64,000 nucleotides of DNA from Moniliella sp. 'wahieum'. Taxonomy: Eukaryota. Shown here in pieces: positions 1 through 13,316 of this stretch. Every line of letters begins with the position of its first letter. Position 1 is the stretch's first letter. The notes under the pieces are model-generated. The model made no database searches. It was not told the origin of the DNA and worked only from the letters and a program-made list of their open reading frames with translations. A program made the position numbers and the translations under genes. Location: assembly GCA_003971905.1 (NCBI GenBank), contig RSEE01000107.1, positions 1 through 64,000 of the forward strand. The letters run 5' to 3'.

Positions 1-1206
1 TGATAGGAATCTTAATCACCTGTCACGTATCCCCCATAGCGGACTAGTGGGACCAAGGGTTCCGGTTACCGGCCTTACGAGAACGGCTTGAGTCTGACGC
101 CCCCCCCCCTCTTACCCCTGCGTCCTTGTCTCAGCTGACCAGGTCCTTTCGGGTGCCACGGTGGGGCTGTTTGGTAGACACTAGCATGCTGCTCTTTTTA
201 TGGCAAAAAGAAAGCATCATATGGACACCTCCCCGTGTGCCCTGTAGGCTTGTGGCTTATTTGGATGCCATTCATAGTCCAGCGTGCTCCCCCGGTAACG
301 TATTCGTGTTGTTGGTCTCAGATCTCACCATCCTCTCGCGTTCGGTAGCGCGTTCGTCCCTCCCAATTGGACAGAGGGGCAGGGTTCGTGTTCAGGACCG
401 CTGCCTGCCATCATATATTACGCGTTACGCGTTACGCCCGAGAAGCACAAAGAGGGTCCGAGAGAGAGGAGAGTGCTTGAGGAAGGTTCATGTGGAAGAG
501 GAGGATTCAATAGTCAATAGTCAATGTTTTCGTGTCCTTCGAAACCAGTGCGCCGTGTACTTCGTATCCTCGTACTGGCATACCATGTAGCCGCGCGACC
601 AACGCCGCTCCTCTATTATCTCCCCTCGAGTCCCCCGTGCATAGGTATTGACAAACCCGAGAAACGAGAGGATCGATGGAGCAACACGCGGAGCAGGAGG
701 GCTCGAATAGGTGTACCACATACCCTGGATTGGAGTCGAGCCGAGTGAGAGGGTTCAAGATAGAGGGGAGGAACGGAAACGGGAACAGAAACAGGAACAG
801 GAACACTGTACATGCGTACCGCCAACGCATCGAAGGGAAAAAATCAATGTCAATGTGAGCGTGCAGAGATTCGGACAAACGGGTGTGCAGGTGGATTAAA
901 CAGGATGAGATTGAGATTGATGAAGCCACACCAACACGAGAGAGAGAGGGTTCAAGTGTACACAAACTCATTCACCAGCTCACCAGCTCACCAGCTCACC
1001 AATGCAGCTCACCCGCAGAAAACGCACCCCAGCAACAAAAGAGGAAGAGAACTGACGCTTGCACATAACCAAAACAAGAGTCGCCTTCTCTCTATCCTCC
1101 GCTGTGCTCCGCTGTGCTCTCCGGTACTCTCCGGTACACTGCTGTCCCTTTTGAGTGTCGGTCCTCGTCCCTGCCTGCAATTGCGTTCTGGTCTTACGCC
1201 GACCTT

Positions 1207-3476
1207 TCACCCAAGCCCAAGCCCACGCCCACGCGACGCGACCACCCCCCGCCCCCACCGACGTGGTAAGGACCACAACGGTGTATCGGACGAGGCTCGC
1301 TCCACACGCCCCGCACCAGCACCAGCACCAGCATCCGCATCCGCATCCGCTCCCGCACTCGCTTCCCCAGCGCAGATCCCCACCGGGTCCGAAAACGACG
1401 ACGACAGCGTCGAAACCGATGACGAACCTACACGCACAGTCCGCGCCCCCCTCGACCTGGACCTAAAGCCGATGGCCCATCGGTCCCAGGTGGATCAGTT
1501 AGGTTGCTCGGGTGCGAACGTGAGGTGGGCGAGGGACTGGTCGTGTCGTGCACAAGTGCATTGGCCGTGGGTGTACCCGCTCCCAGACTGGGACTTTGGT
1601 CCTGGTGGTTGTGGTTGTGTGGCAGGAAGCGGTAGCCATCGGCCGGAAGAGTGGGCCAAGAAGAACGACTAACGTTGGTGGCTGTGATAGCTGTGGCGGC
1701 GGCACTCTTGCTCCCAAGAAGAGACAGCGGACTTAGCGAGGGAAAGGCGGTAAGCGTAGTGTCCGACGGGAGTGGAGGGGCAGCGGGACACGTCATCGGA
1801 CCAGAGTACCGGTCCCCTAACAACAACCTTCCCGTAGTACCGGCGGGACCAACGACGAATAAGGCATCCTCCACGCCCCCCCGGACGAGGCACGATCGTC
1901 TTCCGTACTCAACTCGAGCACCTCTTGCTCCGACGTACACTCCCCTCGCTTTGGCCGGGGTGGGACGAGGCCTAGTGCTGTGGTTTAGTTGAGGCCCCGT
2001 GGACGTCGTAGGATCGCACTCGCTGCCAGTCGCCTCGGAGGCTGATGGTACGGGTACTGGTGTCGGTGCTGGTACGGATGCTGGTGCGGGTGCTGGTGCG
2101 TTAGAATCCGTCGAGAGAAACGGGGCGAGAGAGCCAGTGGCGATCGAAGAACGCATTGTCGAGGGTCGATGCGATCCATCCGAAAGACCGCGCGGGCGCC
2201 AGGTACCCACCGAGGTACGCGATCGCGTCAGCCGACGCAGCTGGTACAACGACCCTGAGAGAAGACGCGCCGTGTCCGAGGCCCCATTCGCCTCCTCCCT
2301 CGACTGCCGTGGTGGCGTGGCCGATGGTGGCGTAGCCGGTGGTGGCGGGAGGGCTGGGAGGCGGACACGCTTTGGGTGTGCAAGGCGTTCCTGGGTTGGC
2401 CATGTTGGTCCCAGCCGGAGGCGAAGTGGACAGGTCAGCACCGGATGAACTTTCTGCACCGCGTGGACGTACGCCCAGGCGTACAGAGAGCGTGCGGGAC
2501 ACAGAGCGGAACCGGTTCAGGGAGGTGAGGGGCATGCGGATGGGCGTGCTACGAGCCGGCTCGGTCGAGGGAGAGAGACCCGGAGAAGGGGTACTTGGTA
2601 CCGGCAGACCGGAAGCCATTACAGGTTCAGGCACAGGATTCGTAGTGAGAGAAAGGTGCGTTTCGGCACCGAAAAGCCGACGCCGACGGAACGGAGTGGT
2701 CCTCCCGTGTCCATGGGACAGGTGTTGGGTGAGACTATGTTTGAGTTTGAGCGGGGCAACGGGTCTTCTTCGACCTGGTCGAGGAACGGCATGGGAGGCA
2801 TGAGAAGATGAACGGACCAAGAACGATCCGGTTCCCGTTACAAAAGGAACTTTACTTGACGACGACGACGCCCTCTCTCCTAACCGCGCAATAAAAGGCG
2901 CAGAATGGTGAGAGGACGGATTCCAGTTCCAGCCGCGCTCGACAAAGTAGGCCACTGCCTGAGCATGGGCAATCTCAGCCGCTAAAGCATCTTCACTGTT
3001 CCCATCGGGGACGCTATGGGACCCACCCAAATCATTGGTACCCTCCTGCTCCTCCCATTCTTCCGGCCCAGCGGCCCACGACGACGACCGGTTCCCCTCT
3101 TCGTCCTCCCCAGCCCAGGGGGGGTCGGATGCGTGCATCAGGTCCGATTCGAGCCTCGGCTCATCGTCCTCGCCACCCGACACCAACGTTGAGGAGGGCC
3201 TGTCAAACAAAGACGAAGACTCTCCTGAGAACGTCCGTGGGTGCTCCTCGAGGGGTGTGGTGTTACTTTGCCCACAATCGTCGGGGCTGCTGGTCCTACT
3301 CAGGGGAAGAGGGAGCGAGGTAATCAAGTGTTCGGGGTGGGTGGTACTGCTGGGGGGGACAGAGTAGCGACACAATGAGCGTGATGATGGTGCTCCTCAC
3401 CAAGAGAGCAGGTGTGTGATCCGGATTCGCTTTTTCTTGCAAGGGTGGGGGTGGGCGTAAGACGAGCGAGACTCAT
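1207..3476 (-). CDS. Hypothetical low-complexity (S/P/T/A/R-rich) protein, frameshifted
   Basis: Overlapping long minus-strand ORFs (3324-4166, 2101-3375, 1428-2459, 1207-1437) chain by frame changes into one disordered-looking protein. No domain recognised; the start is uncertain. Confidence 0.4.
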
Positions 3477-5088
3477 GCTGGAGAGGGCGCGTTCAGACGG
3501 ACGTTCGTCAAAGGAGACGAATTGCCAGTTGATGGGAGACTCGTGCTCCGCTACTGCTGTGCTGGGTGCCGGCTGGCTTTGGTGGGTGTCCGGGCGACGA
3601 GGAGGGTCGCTGTGCTGCTGCAACGAGGCTGCATGCTGAGATGAAGCAAGGACAGCGGGTGGAGAGGCAGAAGGAGAGGGCAGCGAATGCAGGGAGCGGA
3701 GACGCGGGGTGTGGGTGGGGTGTGCTTGTACTGCGGTCTGAAGGGGAGGGAGGGAGGGTGCGGCTGGGGGGCCGTTTGGTGGGTACGGGCTTGCGGACGG
3801 GGGCGGGGATGGGCATGGTGTGGTGTGGTGGTGGGGGTGACGTTGCGGGTGAGGTGGTGGGAGGGCGCGCCGATGGGGGGGTGACGCTGGGCGACGCATC
3901 CAACGGCTGTCTGCTGGTGTCGGACATGTGGGGCGGCGGGCATCGGACATGGGTGGCAGCCTGAGGCCATCGCGCCGCGGTCTGTCGGCTGTGCGATCAG
4001 AGAAGCGCAAGGAGGGCGCGTATATATTCGCAGGCTGCGACTGCCTAATCCGACCTAGCACCGCCGCACACCCGGAACCCCGCCGCACAACCGAACCCTC
4101 GCCCTCGCCCACCCACGCAGGCAGAGGCGCCGTGCCGCGTTGGCTGCCCAGACAGGTGCGCAGCAATTATAATACAACGTTGGCCCCCAAGTGCCATCGC
4201 ACCGGCTCTCACATCTCACCTATAGTAAGCTATTCTAGCACTACTCCCCGTCTCTGGCTTCGTCATCTTTCGCCCTCTTTCCCCTCTCTCTCTAAGGCCC
4301 AATCACGGCTGGGACGACAAGGGCACCGCGCCACTCCTTTTTGAGCCCCCGACCTTCACATGTCACATGTCACACTGCAACCTACCACACCAGAATAGGG
4401 CACCACAACCGCAACTGTCCTTCGAGAGGATAAATGAGAGGGAACGAAATGTTACAATGCGAGCGCGCGTACCGAATCTTCGCTTACGTGACAGGGCGAG
4501 ATGGAAACGGTTGTCGCTACACCCCCAAAACGCATCCACATGTGGGGATCAAAAAAGGGGAGAGATGATACATTACCCGCTGCATGCGTTCACAGTCAGT
4601 ACAAATGGCTGAGGACCGCTGAATCCTGTTGCAGGCAGCGAGGTTGGATCGCACACATGGCATCCCGGGCGCTGTTAACGGTCGCTGGACCTTGTGCCAC
4701 GTTCCAAACGATGGTGGTGAGCAAGGGCGAATGGAGAACAGGAAACGGAGCTTCTAACCCCGCATGCGTTGAAATCGAAACAATTCTAAATGTAAGCAGC
4801 AGCGTCATACGTCACAGATCACCCATCGTCATAAAGCTGATGCACTGATGGCACTGTTGGCTGCTGCCTGCTGATGGCATGCATGATGCATGATGCATGA
4901 TGCATGATGGCCTATCGCATCGATGTTCCCAGGGGTTACCGGTTAGGCCGCTTAGGCTGGTCTATCGTGCATCTTGCATCTAGTATCCCCATCCCCCATC
5001 TCCCGCTTCCATCGGCTGCGCCTCCTCCTTCTCTTCCTCTTCTTTTTCCTCCTCCTCCCCCTCTCCCGTCCCCTCCCCCCCCCCCAGC

Positions 5089-7069
5089 ATGGTACCCAGT
5101 GGGATCCCCCCCGCGGACCAGGAGCCGTTCAGCCCGCTCCCCCCCCCCGCTGGGCACGCGTCCGGTGCCCAGCAACCCACTTGCTGACTCACCCGCCTCA
5201 GCAAGCCAGTACGACACGCCTCGTCTCTCCTCCTCGCCCTCGGCCAGCGGCTTTGCCACGGCGGCTGCCTCCCGACACCACTCGAACAAGCCCTCGCTCT
5301 TGGGCTTCACCCAGGCCGACTTGGAGAACGACGTGCACGTCTCTACCTCGCAGCAATGGCCCGGCCATGACCCCGACCCTGACGCTGCCCTGCGTTCAGG
5401 ACACGTCCGCTTCCGCCCCTGGTCCGGCCCCTGCCGCCGCGACGCAGTCCCGCCTCTTGGTCGTGTCCAACCGTCTGCCAGTGACCATCAAGCGCGATCC
5501 TACCTCGGAGGGCGGATACACATTTTCTGCTTCTTCCGGAGGCTTGGTATCTGCCCTGGCTGGCGTTAAGAAGACCACTCCCTTCATCTGGTTTGGCTGG
5601 CCGGGATTGTCGGTCCCCCCTTCCGATCGGGCCTATGTGGAAGAAAAGTTACGGTCCGAGTACAGTTGCGAACCGGTCTGGTTGCCAGACGATGTGGCAG
5701 ATGGCCATTACAATGGGTTTTCCAACTCGGTCTTGTGGCCTCTGTGCCACTACCGCCCCGGTGAAATGAACTTTACCGAGGCGTCTTGGTTGGCTTACCG
5801 ACTGGCCAACTTGATGTTTGCCCAGCGTGTTCGGTCGGTCGCTCGGCCGGGCGATATGGTGTGGGTACAGGATTACCATCTGATGCTGCTCCCGCTCTTG
5901 CTGCGCGTACTGGTCGAGGGCAGCGGACAACAAGGACGTACCTCCCACCTCGGCTTGGAACATATTCGTCGTGGTCTCAACACCAACCTGTGCGTCGCCA
6001 CTGCTCTCGAAGAAGGGGTCGTGCCGCGCGTAGCGGACGATCCGTTGGAACAGGACGATCACCACCCTTTTTTCCCCCGTGGTGCGATCAAGATTGGGTT
6101 TTTCCTCCACACCCCGTTCCCGTCCAGCGAGATTTATCGGATTCTTCCGGTGCGGCGTGAGATTTTGGTGGGCATTCTGCATGCCGACTTGATTGGCTTT
6201 CACACCTACGACTATGCCCGCCACTTTCTCGCCTCTTGCACGCGCATTTTGAACAAAAAGGTCAGCCCCAATGGGTTGGCGTTCGAAGGACGTTATGTGC
6301 ATGTGGGCGCGTACCCGATTGGGATTGAACCCCAGTCGTTTTACCAAGCTTTGAAACGCGATCGTGTGCAACGACGCATCGCAGAGCTCAAAGCCCATTT
6401 CCACCAGAAAAAAATCATCATTGGTGTGGACCGGTTGGACTACATCAAGGGCGTACCCCAAAAAATGTTGGGCTTCGAGACGTTTTGCAACAGCACCGGG
6501 AATGGGAGGAAGCTTGTGTGCTCATCCAGGTCGCTGTGCCGTCGCGGCAAGATGTGGAGGAGTACCAGTCGTTGCGCTGCTTGGTCAATGAGATGGTAGG
6601 CAGGATCAATTCCGAGTATGGCTCGGCACTGCACATGCCCATCCACTTTCTCCATCGATCCGTGGACTTTGATGAACTGGTGGCTCTCTATGCTGCGTCA
6701 GACGCTTGCTTGGTCACCTCGACCCGGGACGGAATGAACCTCGTGTCGTACGAGTACATTGCATGCCAAGCCGAACACAAGGGCGTGATGATCCTCTCGG
6801 AATTTGCTGGCGCAGCCCAGTCGCTCAATGGAAGCTTGATCATCAACCCGTGGGACAAACAAGCAGTGGCCGATGCTATTGTCGAGGCACTCACCATGCC
6901 GCTCGAAACTCGCACGAAGAATGTAGACCAGCTACGCGCGTTTGTCGATAAACACACCGCCGCTTGGTGGGGCAATTCCTTTGTGCGCGACTTGCAGCGC
7001 ATCCGGGTAAGCAAGCTCCGCGCCTCCTCGCCCTTTGTCGGACGGCGGTCGAGCATAGCGCCACCATAG
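5089..7069 (+). CDS. TPS1: Alpha,alpha-trehalose-phosphate synthase (glycosyltransferase family 20)
   Basis: Motifs LLVVSNRLP, SSGGLVSAL, HYNGFSNSVLWPLCHY, VWVQDYHLMLLP, IGFFLHTPFPSSEIYRILP, GVDRLDYIKG, STRDGMNLVSYEY and LSEFAGAAQSLNG lie across ORFs 4974-6599 and 6485-7069, with a frameshift near 6485. The ATG at 5089 is inferred. Confidence 0.96.
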
Positions 7070-7075
7070 TAACAA

Positions 7076-7175
7076 CAAGTACCAAGTACCAAGGACCAAG
7101 GACCAAGGACCAAGGACCAAGGACCAAGGACCAAGGACCAAGGACCAAGGACCAAGGACCAAGGACCAAGGACCA
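7076..7175. repeat. Heptamer microsatellite (CAAGTAC)2(CAAGGAC)12
   Basis: Read directly from the sequence; begins 7 nt after the TPS1 stop codon. Confidence 0.98.
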
Positions 7176-8114
7176 GATGGAACACGAACTCGTTCCCCCG
7201 CTCCGAAGGCGGGGAGGAGGGGACGCGTGAGCAGTTACTTTACTTCCGTATGCAATCCCCCATTGTCGATGCACTCTACGATGGAAGCCGGCTCCGACAG
7301 AGATGGCAGTTGCTGGGGGCGGGTAAGAGAGTTGGATGAGCGCGAGCAGCAGTCACTGTGACATGTGCATGTGACATGTGACTTGCCATCAGTACTCAGT
7401 TTCACCTGCCGCGGTGGACGTGGGCCGTGGATAGAAGACATCACCCGTACTAACCGAAACTAAGCCCCACCTGCAGAGGGGCAGTGATCCAGGCGTGTGG
7501 ATAACTTGCTGGGAGTGGATACTGTCCCCGTGGCACCACATCGATCATCACCTATCGCCCATCACTAGCATGCATGCATCACTTGCACCACTGCTCACCG
7601 GTCACCGGTCACCGGTCACCCCTGCTCTTCATACTCTCTTGCTCCGTCACCGGGTCACCGCGTCAGTCCCCAATCATCAATCACCGGCCGCCGCCACTCG
7701 TCTCCACCCTTGTCCACCTCTGCCGCCACCGTCCCAGCGTTCTCTGCCGTCGTCCATCGTCCACCCGTGGAGACTTTGGGATGGAGCCATGGTGCGATGG
7801 CACGCACGCGGCAGCAGCAGCCGCACGAGGACGTTATGCGCGGAGAGTGTTCTCCTTGTTTCCACACGGCCCCTCCCTTGTCTAGCCTCGCAAAGAGCGA
7901 CGCCACCCGCTTCTACGACGACAGTTTTGTCTTATAGACTCTCGACGGCAGCTCTCCCCTCTTTGGGCACCGGGCTTCGTCGGCCTTCCTTCGTGCTTTT
8001 TTTGGCTCTTCTGGTCTGCTGCCACTCCTCCTACTACTACTGCTACCACTACCCTCCCCGCCCTCCGCATCCTTTCTTGCACGCGCTCGGCTCTCCCCAC
8101 CGTGGAACAACATC

Positions 8115-10738
8115 ATGAGCCCCCCCGGCCGGGGAGCCATGATCCGGTCCAGGGTGTGGCCACCCACAAGGCGCCACTCAGACACTCTGCGCCTTCCCCG
8201 TGGACCAAAAGGTACCCCTGCCACCACCAGACTGCAGGTGCGTTGTCCATCGTACGCGTTCATGCGTCCATACTATGGGCATCTCCTAGTTGGTGGCATT
8301 TTCCCCCCTCGCTCTTCCTTTTACGGCCTTCCCCTGACCCCTACCCCGCCCTCTTCCCAGGAAAAGGCACAGAGTTGGATCATGATCTCATCAAGCCAAA
8401 CTCCCCGCTTGGCTCTTCCTCTGCTTCTTGTGGCGACACACCAGGACCACTGCAAAGTGTAGGAGGAGGAGGAAGAGTGCTTCATCCCCACCCGGCCCGT
8501 CCCATCACGAACTGGACTTGGGGCCCGCCCCGCCGCCGCTGTTCTTCCTCCTTCTCAACGATCAGACTGGCCGGCTGTCCCTGGGCCCCAACACTTTCAG
8601 CGTCAATGCCCGAACCAGCGCCCGAACCAGCACCAGAACCAGCAGCAGAACCAACACCAGAACCAGCACCCGAACCGGAGTCGCGTCCGGAACCGGAACC
8701 AGAATGTGCCTGTGCACATGCGCAGTCCGGGTGGGAGGTTGGCCCGTCAAGCACTGGCAGGGCAGCCACTGCCCCCGGTTGGAGAAGCGTTGGGTAATAC
8801 CCCTCCCCCTCCTTCCCCCTTGAACCGGGCCCGTTCGACCAGCCATTCGACCAGCCAGCTATTCGAATAGCCCTTCAACCAGACCTGATCGCGCTCTTGA
8901 CTATTCCCTTCCCAACTGGGAGGAGGCGGGACAGTTGCCATCCGGATCTGGACCGCTGGTCCATCCGCCCACTTCCGTTTCGGTGAAGGGAGGGCAACGG
9001 ACTGAGGAACATGTACTGTGGGTGGGCAACTTGCCCAAGAACGTCCCGACTCGGGCCGGCGGGTCTGCCCCGTCGGATTGGGACCCGTGGCGGAACCAAC
9101 CCGGTGCGGGAGGGCAGGAGGGGGGTAGCATCACCGCGCTCCAGCTGTGGCATTTCCTCGAAGAAGGCGTCGTACCGCCGTTGCTGGTGCCGGTCGATGC
9201 GGGTCGTGGTGGTGGTGCAAGTGGTGGAGGTGGTAGACCAGGTCAAAATAAGTGCTCGGTGCCAGGTACGGACCATGTGCTGGTCCAAGAGGGCACCCAG
9301 CCGTCTCGCTGGGTTCCCAAGCCGGGGGGAGGGCGAGCGAGATTGTTCGCATCTCTGTTATCAAGGGTACGAATTGTGCGTTTGTCAATGTACGCACGCA
9401 TGAGGCGTTGCAGCGCATGGTTACGCGGTTGGATGGCGTTCGCCTACTCCCTCCGGTCGAGAAAGACCAGGCGCCGTTGGTGGTGCGCGTGCGCTCGAGG
9501 GAAGAGGAGGTGGATGCTTCGGTGCTGGATCAACGCAATAAGGGCCTCCACCAAGCGTTTGTGCGGGATTACGATCGTCGTCTTTGTATGGACGAGTGCG
9601 AGACGGCGTACCCTCCCCTTGGCCAGATGGAGACGGACACCGGAGGAGTGGGGGGGGATGACGCCGGCTTGGTCTCCGCAGAGGGGCAAGGAGGAGCAGG
9701 AGGGGGAGGAAAAGGGTTGCACTCAGACCAAATCGAAGGGACCGTTCGGGACCCCATCTTGGCCCATCCTGCGTTGTACCAACGGTTTTTCATTCTCAAA
9801 TCCCGTACCGTCGCTGATCTGCACCGCTCGGTCCAGTCGGGCCTCTGGACTACCCAGCGCCACAACGAGCACGTGCTGGACCAAGCGTTTCGTCACTCGA
9901 AACAGGTGTATCTGTTCTTCTCGGCCAACCAAGTGGGAGAATGGTTTGGCGACGCTCGTCTTGCTTTCTCCCTTGTCCCACTAGAGAGGAGGAGCAGGCC
10001 GAGCAGCAGGCGAATGACAGTCCCCTTGATCATATTGCCCCTTCCCCCACTCTCACTGCCACCTTGGCGACACCGACCACAGCCCCCAGTCCCGAAGGGA
10101 AAGTGACCTCTCCGCCGCTGGCCGCGCACCTTGGAGATGAGCGCCCCAAGGGCCGACGGTGCAAAGTTCCTCGGACGACGTATGCCTCGACGGCGTGCAG
10201 CGAAGAAGGAACCCAGATGAGTTGGCGTGGCGCTCCGCCCGTGCAGATGGGACAGCCGTTCCGAGTGGAATGGGTCCAGGTCGGTAGCATGCCATTTTAT
10301 GAGGCGCGCCAGCTGCGCAACCCTTGGCGTGACAACAAGCCAATCAAAGTGTCGCGCGATGGGACCGAGCTGGAACCAACGGTAGGTCGACGGTTGAAAA
10401 TGGTCATGGACACGTATGCTACCTCACCATCCTCCTCCTCCTCCGTCTCACCACCTTCTCCACCTTCTCCACCACCGCCCCTTGGTACTCCCCCAAACGC
10501 CCATTTGCACGTGCTGCCGACCCAACCCTCGCGACCTCTGTTGCGCCCTATCGTGTCTGCCACTCTTACTTCCTGCCCCAGCTCCACTTCGATGTCCACT
10601 TCGACTTTCACATCGGCTTCGACATCGGCTTCGACTTCGACTTCGACTTCAGTTTCAGCTTTATCGTCGCCTTCGCCTTGTCTCCCGTCCATGTGTCGCA
10701 CAAGTTCCTCTTCCACCCCTGCCTGCCTCTCGCGGTAG
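8115..10738 (+). CDS. Fungal RRM + YTH (YT521-B-like) RNA-binding protein, frameshifted
   Basis: RRM pieces HVLWVGNLP and ISVIKGTNCAFVNV. YTH pieces RFFILKS...SVQSGLWTTQRHNEHVLDQAF...VYLFFSANQVGEWFG and GQPFRVEW...LRNPWRDNKPIKVSRDGTELEP. These lie in ORFs 8935-9984, 9252-10106 and 9941-10738. The 5' end is uncertain. Confidence 0.88.
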
Positions 10739-11157
10739 CTTTCCACGGGGATGCCAAGCTGCGTGGCCAGTACGAGCTGGACCCAGCCCGCATATGAGAC
10801 TGCCAACAATGTTGCGGTCAAGATTGAGGGGGACCGCTGAGGCAAATACTGAGCCCCGTTTTCCGCGCCTCGTCATCGTCGTCGTCTTTTATCAGCGAAA
10901 ACCGAACCTCGCCCCTCACTCTCGTAGCCCGACAAATTTGCTTTGTTTTGCTTTCGAGGAACTTGGCTGTGCCAGGACAACGGGAACGGTATCCACACCC
11001 CGGCACTGAAGAGCGCGGGCGCGGACAGGTGAATTTATCGATTTCTATATCCATCTACTATATCTCGGGATGGGGCCGTATTAGCCAGGTCGTCCACTAC
11101 TTGTGCACTTGTATGCATGGAGACGGGTCCAGCGCGGTTGGATTCAGCCTTCCCACC

Positions 11158-11250
11158 TCGTTGGTCCTTTGTCCTTCGTCGTTGGTCCTTTGTCCTTCGT
11201 CGTTGGTCCTTTGTCCTTCGTCGTTGGTCCTTTGTCCTTCGTCGTTGGTC
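11158..11250. repeat. 21-bp minisatellite (TCGTTGGTCCTTTGTCCTTCG), about 4.4 copies
   Basis: Read directly from the sequence: four perfect units plus a partial unit. Confidence 0.97.
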
Positions 11251-11479
11251 TGTCATCCAGTTCGATTATTAGCACCGAGCCTGGCTCGGCATTCAAGTGA
11301 AAGAACGGATGGATAAAAAACAGCTACAACATAACTCGAAAAAAGAGGGAGCTAAGTGCAAACAACCCCTTACAGTCTGAAAAACAAGGAACGGAGACCA
11401 ACCCCCTGAAACGGCAGGGAAAACAAGGACACCCAAGAAGGAGGACAAGGGCGGATTGGATTGGTGCAGAATGCTGTTC

Positions 11480-11740
11480 GAAGAGGGAGGGAGAAGGTGA
11501 AGGATGAGGAGCGGGATGAGTAGGATGAAATGAGCAGGAGTTGGAGTATAGGAGTAGGAATAGGAGTAGGGACGCGGGAACCAGAACAGGAGAAGGACCG
11601 TAGCCAGAACAGGACCGTAACCGGAGCAGGACCGTAACAGAAACGAGAACAGGAGAGGGGGGAGAGGAGGGAGGCAGAAACATAAGTAGAGACAGAATCA
11701 GAATCAGAATCAGAATCAAGATCAAGATCAAGATCAAAGC
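11480..11740. repeat. Purine-rich low-complexity tract of degenerate hexamers (AGGAGT, AGAATC, AGATCA)
   Basis: Read directly from the sequence, downstream of the chitin deacetylase stop. Confidence 0.8.
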
Positions 11741-11851
11741 AGAAGCTCGACAATAAAAAGGAGGGACAACAGGGACAAGAGACGACAAGGGAGTTGTTGA
11801 GCTCAACTCAGGTCCACAAGGTACCACCCACCCAAGGCGAGGTTGATTGGA

Positions 11852-13316
11852 TTAGATCAACAAGGCAGCTGCACCGCCTACCGCCGCGAGCGCCGCCGAG
11901 CCCGCTGCAGCAAGCGGGAAGGTCCCCGCGGCAGCCCCCTTTTTGTCATGGGCGCTGCTGCTCGACCTCGACGCAGCGGCCGAGGAAGAAGCAGCGGCCG
12001 AGGAAATAGAAGAACTGGCCGAGGAAGCAGGCGACGACGAAGCAGGCACCGAAGAAGAGGAACCGATGCTAGCGCTCAACGTGGCTTGCGAACTGGCGGA
12101 GACAATGCCGACTTGGACCGAAGCGACCGGGGAGGCGGTAATGTTAGTGGCAGAGGGCAGACCACTGGGCATGGTGTTGCCAGCGATGTACTGGTCAAAG
12201 GTAGGGTACACGTAATTGGCTTCGTGGTAGGGCTGAGTCTTGTTACGGCACACGTCGACGGGTACAAGGTACTTAAAGGCCTCTACGATCGTCGGGTACT
12301 CGCTCTGGAACATGGCCATCGTGTTCCCGTTGATCTCGTGGGTGAGCACCACCACACCCCTCGTAGCACCGGCACCATTGCTGCCCTTGCTGATGATCGA
12401 CGCGTAGTTGGCTTGGATGGCCGAAGTGGCGGCAGTGCCTTGGGGCTGAATGTTCCAGTCGTTCGTGTCGTCGGTCCAGATGACCGTGTCAAGACCGAGA
12501 CCGTAGGCAATTGCACGCACACGGTCGTCCACATCGCCATAGGGAGGACGCCAGGCAGTGACCGTGACGCCAGTCACCCACTTGATGGCCTTGACCGTGT
12601 GTAAAACAGCTCGGCAAAGACTTGGGTGTTGGTCAGCGCGGTCATGTAGCGGTGGGACCAGGTGTGGGCGCCGATCTGGTGACCGTCCGTCAAGCCACGC
12701 TGGGCCTGCAGCGGCCAGTCCATCACGTTGGACCCAATGTAAAACAGGGTGGCCTTTTGGTTCTTGGACTTGAGGAAATCATAAAACGCATTGTGCGTGC
12801 AGTTAGGGCCATCGTCAAACGTCAGGCCCCAGGTCTCGGGCTCGTTACAGGTGTACACGTCGGGCGGGATGCCGGCGGCCTTGGGATGGACACACTTGGT
12901 CTCGGTCCACCAACAGTCAGGGTCCTGGGCGATGTTGTAGGTGGTGCCCTGTTGGGAGCTAAAGGGCTGGCCCTTGGGAGCAATGTTGGGGATGGAGACC
13001 TGTTTCTGCAGGTTGGCCCAGACGGCGTTGGCCTCCTGGTCAGTGTGGATGATGTCGGCGATCTGCCAGATAGGGGGGAAGGCATTGAAGAAGCCCGAGG
13101 AGGGGGCGTAGTTGTAGGGGGTGCACTCCTGGGAGGGCACGGTGACCGACTGCCAGGTCTGGTCGTTGTAGGCGGCCTGGCGGCGCTGCATGCCGCGTTG
13201 GCGGCGCGTGCTTGGAGGGCGGAGGGAAGGCGGCCAGGGAAGCCGGCGCCGAGATGGGCGGCGGTGTGGCCAGCGAGCAGGCCGCCAACAAGCACAAGCG
13301 AAGCCAGATGGGGCAT
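11852..13316 (-). CDS. Secreted, probably GPI-anchored chitin deacetylase (carbohydrate esterase family 4)
   Basis: Signal-like N-terminus MPHLASLVLVGGLLAG. CE4 motifs TFDDGP, HTWSH, RPPYG and VLTHE. Ser-rich stalk and hydrophobic C-terminus AALAAVGGAAALLI. Frameshifts near 13190 and 12595. Confidence 0.95.

Noticed and set aside
21..580. Possible solo LTR (TGTCACG...TGGCA with internal TATA-like motif)
   Set aside because: Flanks TCACC and TACCA do not form a clean target-site duplication and there is no second copy in the window.
7076..7175. Regular repeats here and at 11158-11250 and 56799-56870 as CRISPR arrays
   Set aside because: No unique spacers, no cas genes, and a eukaryotic context.
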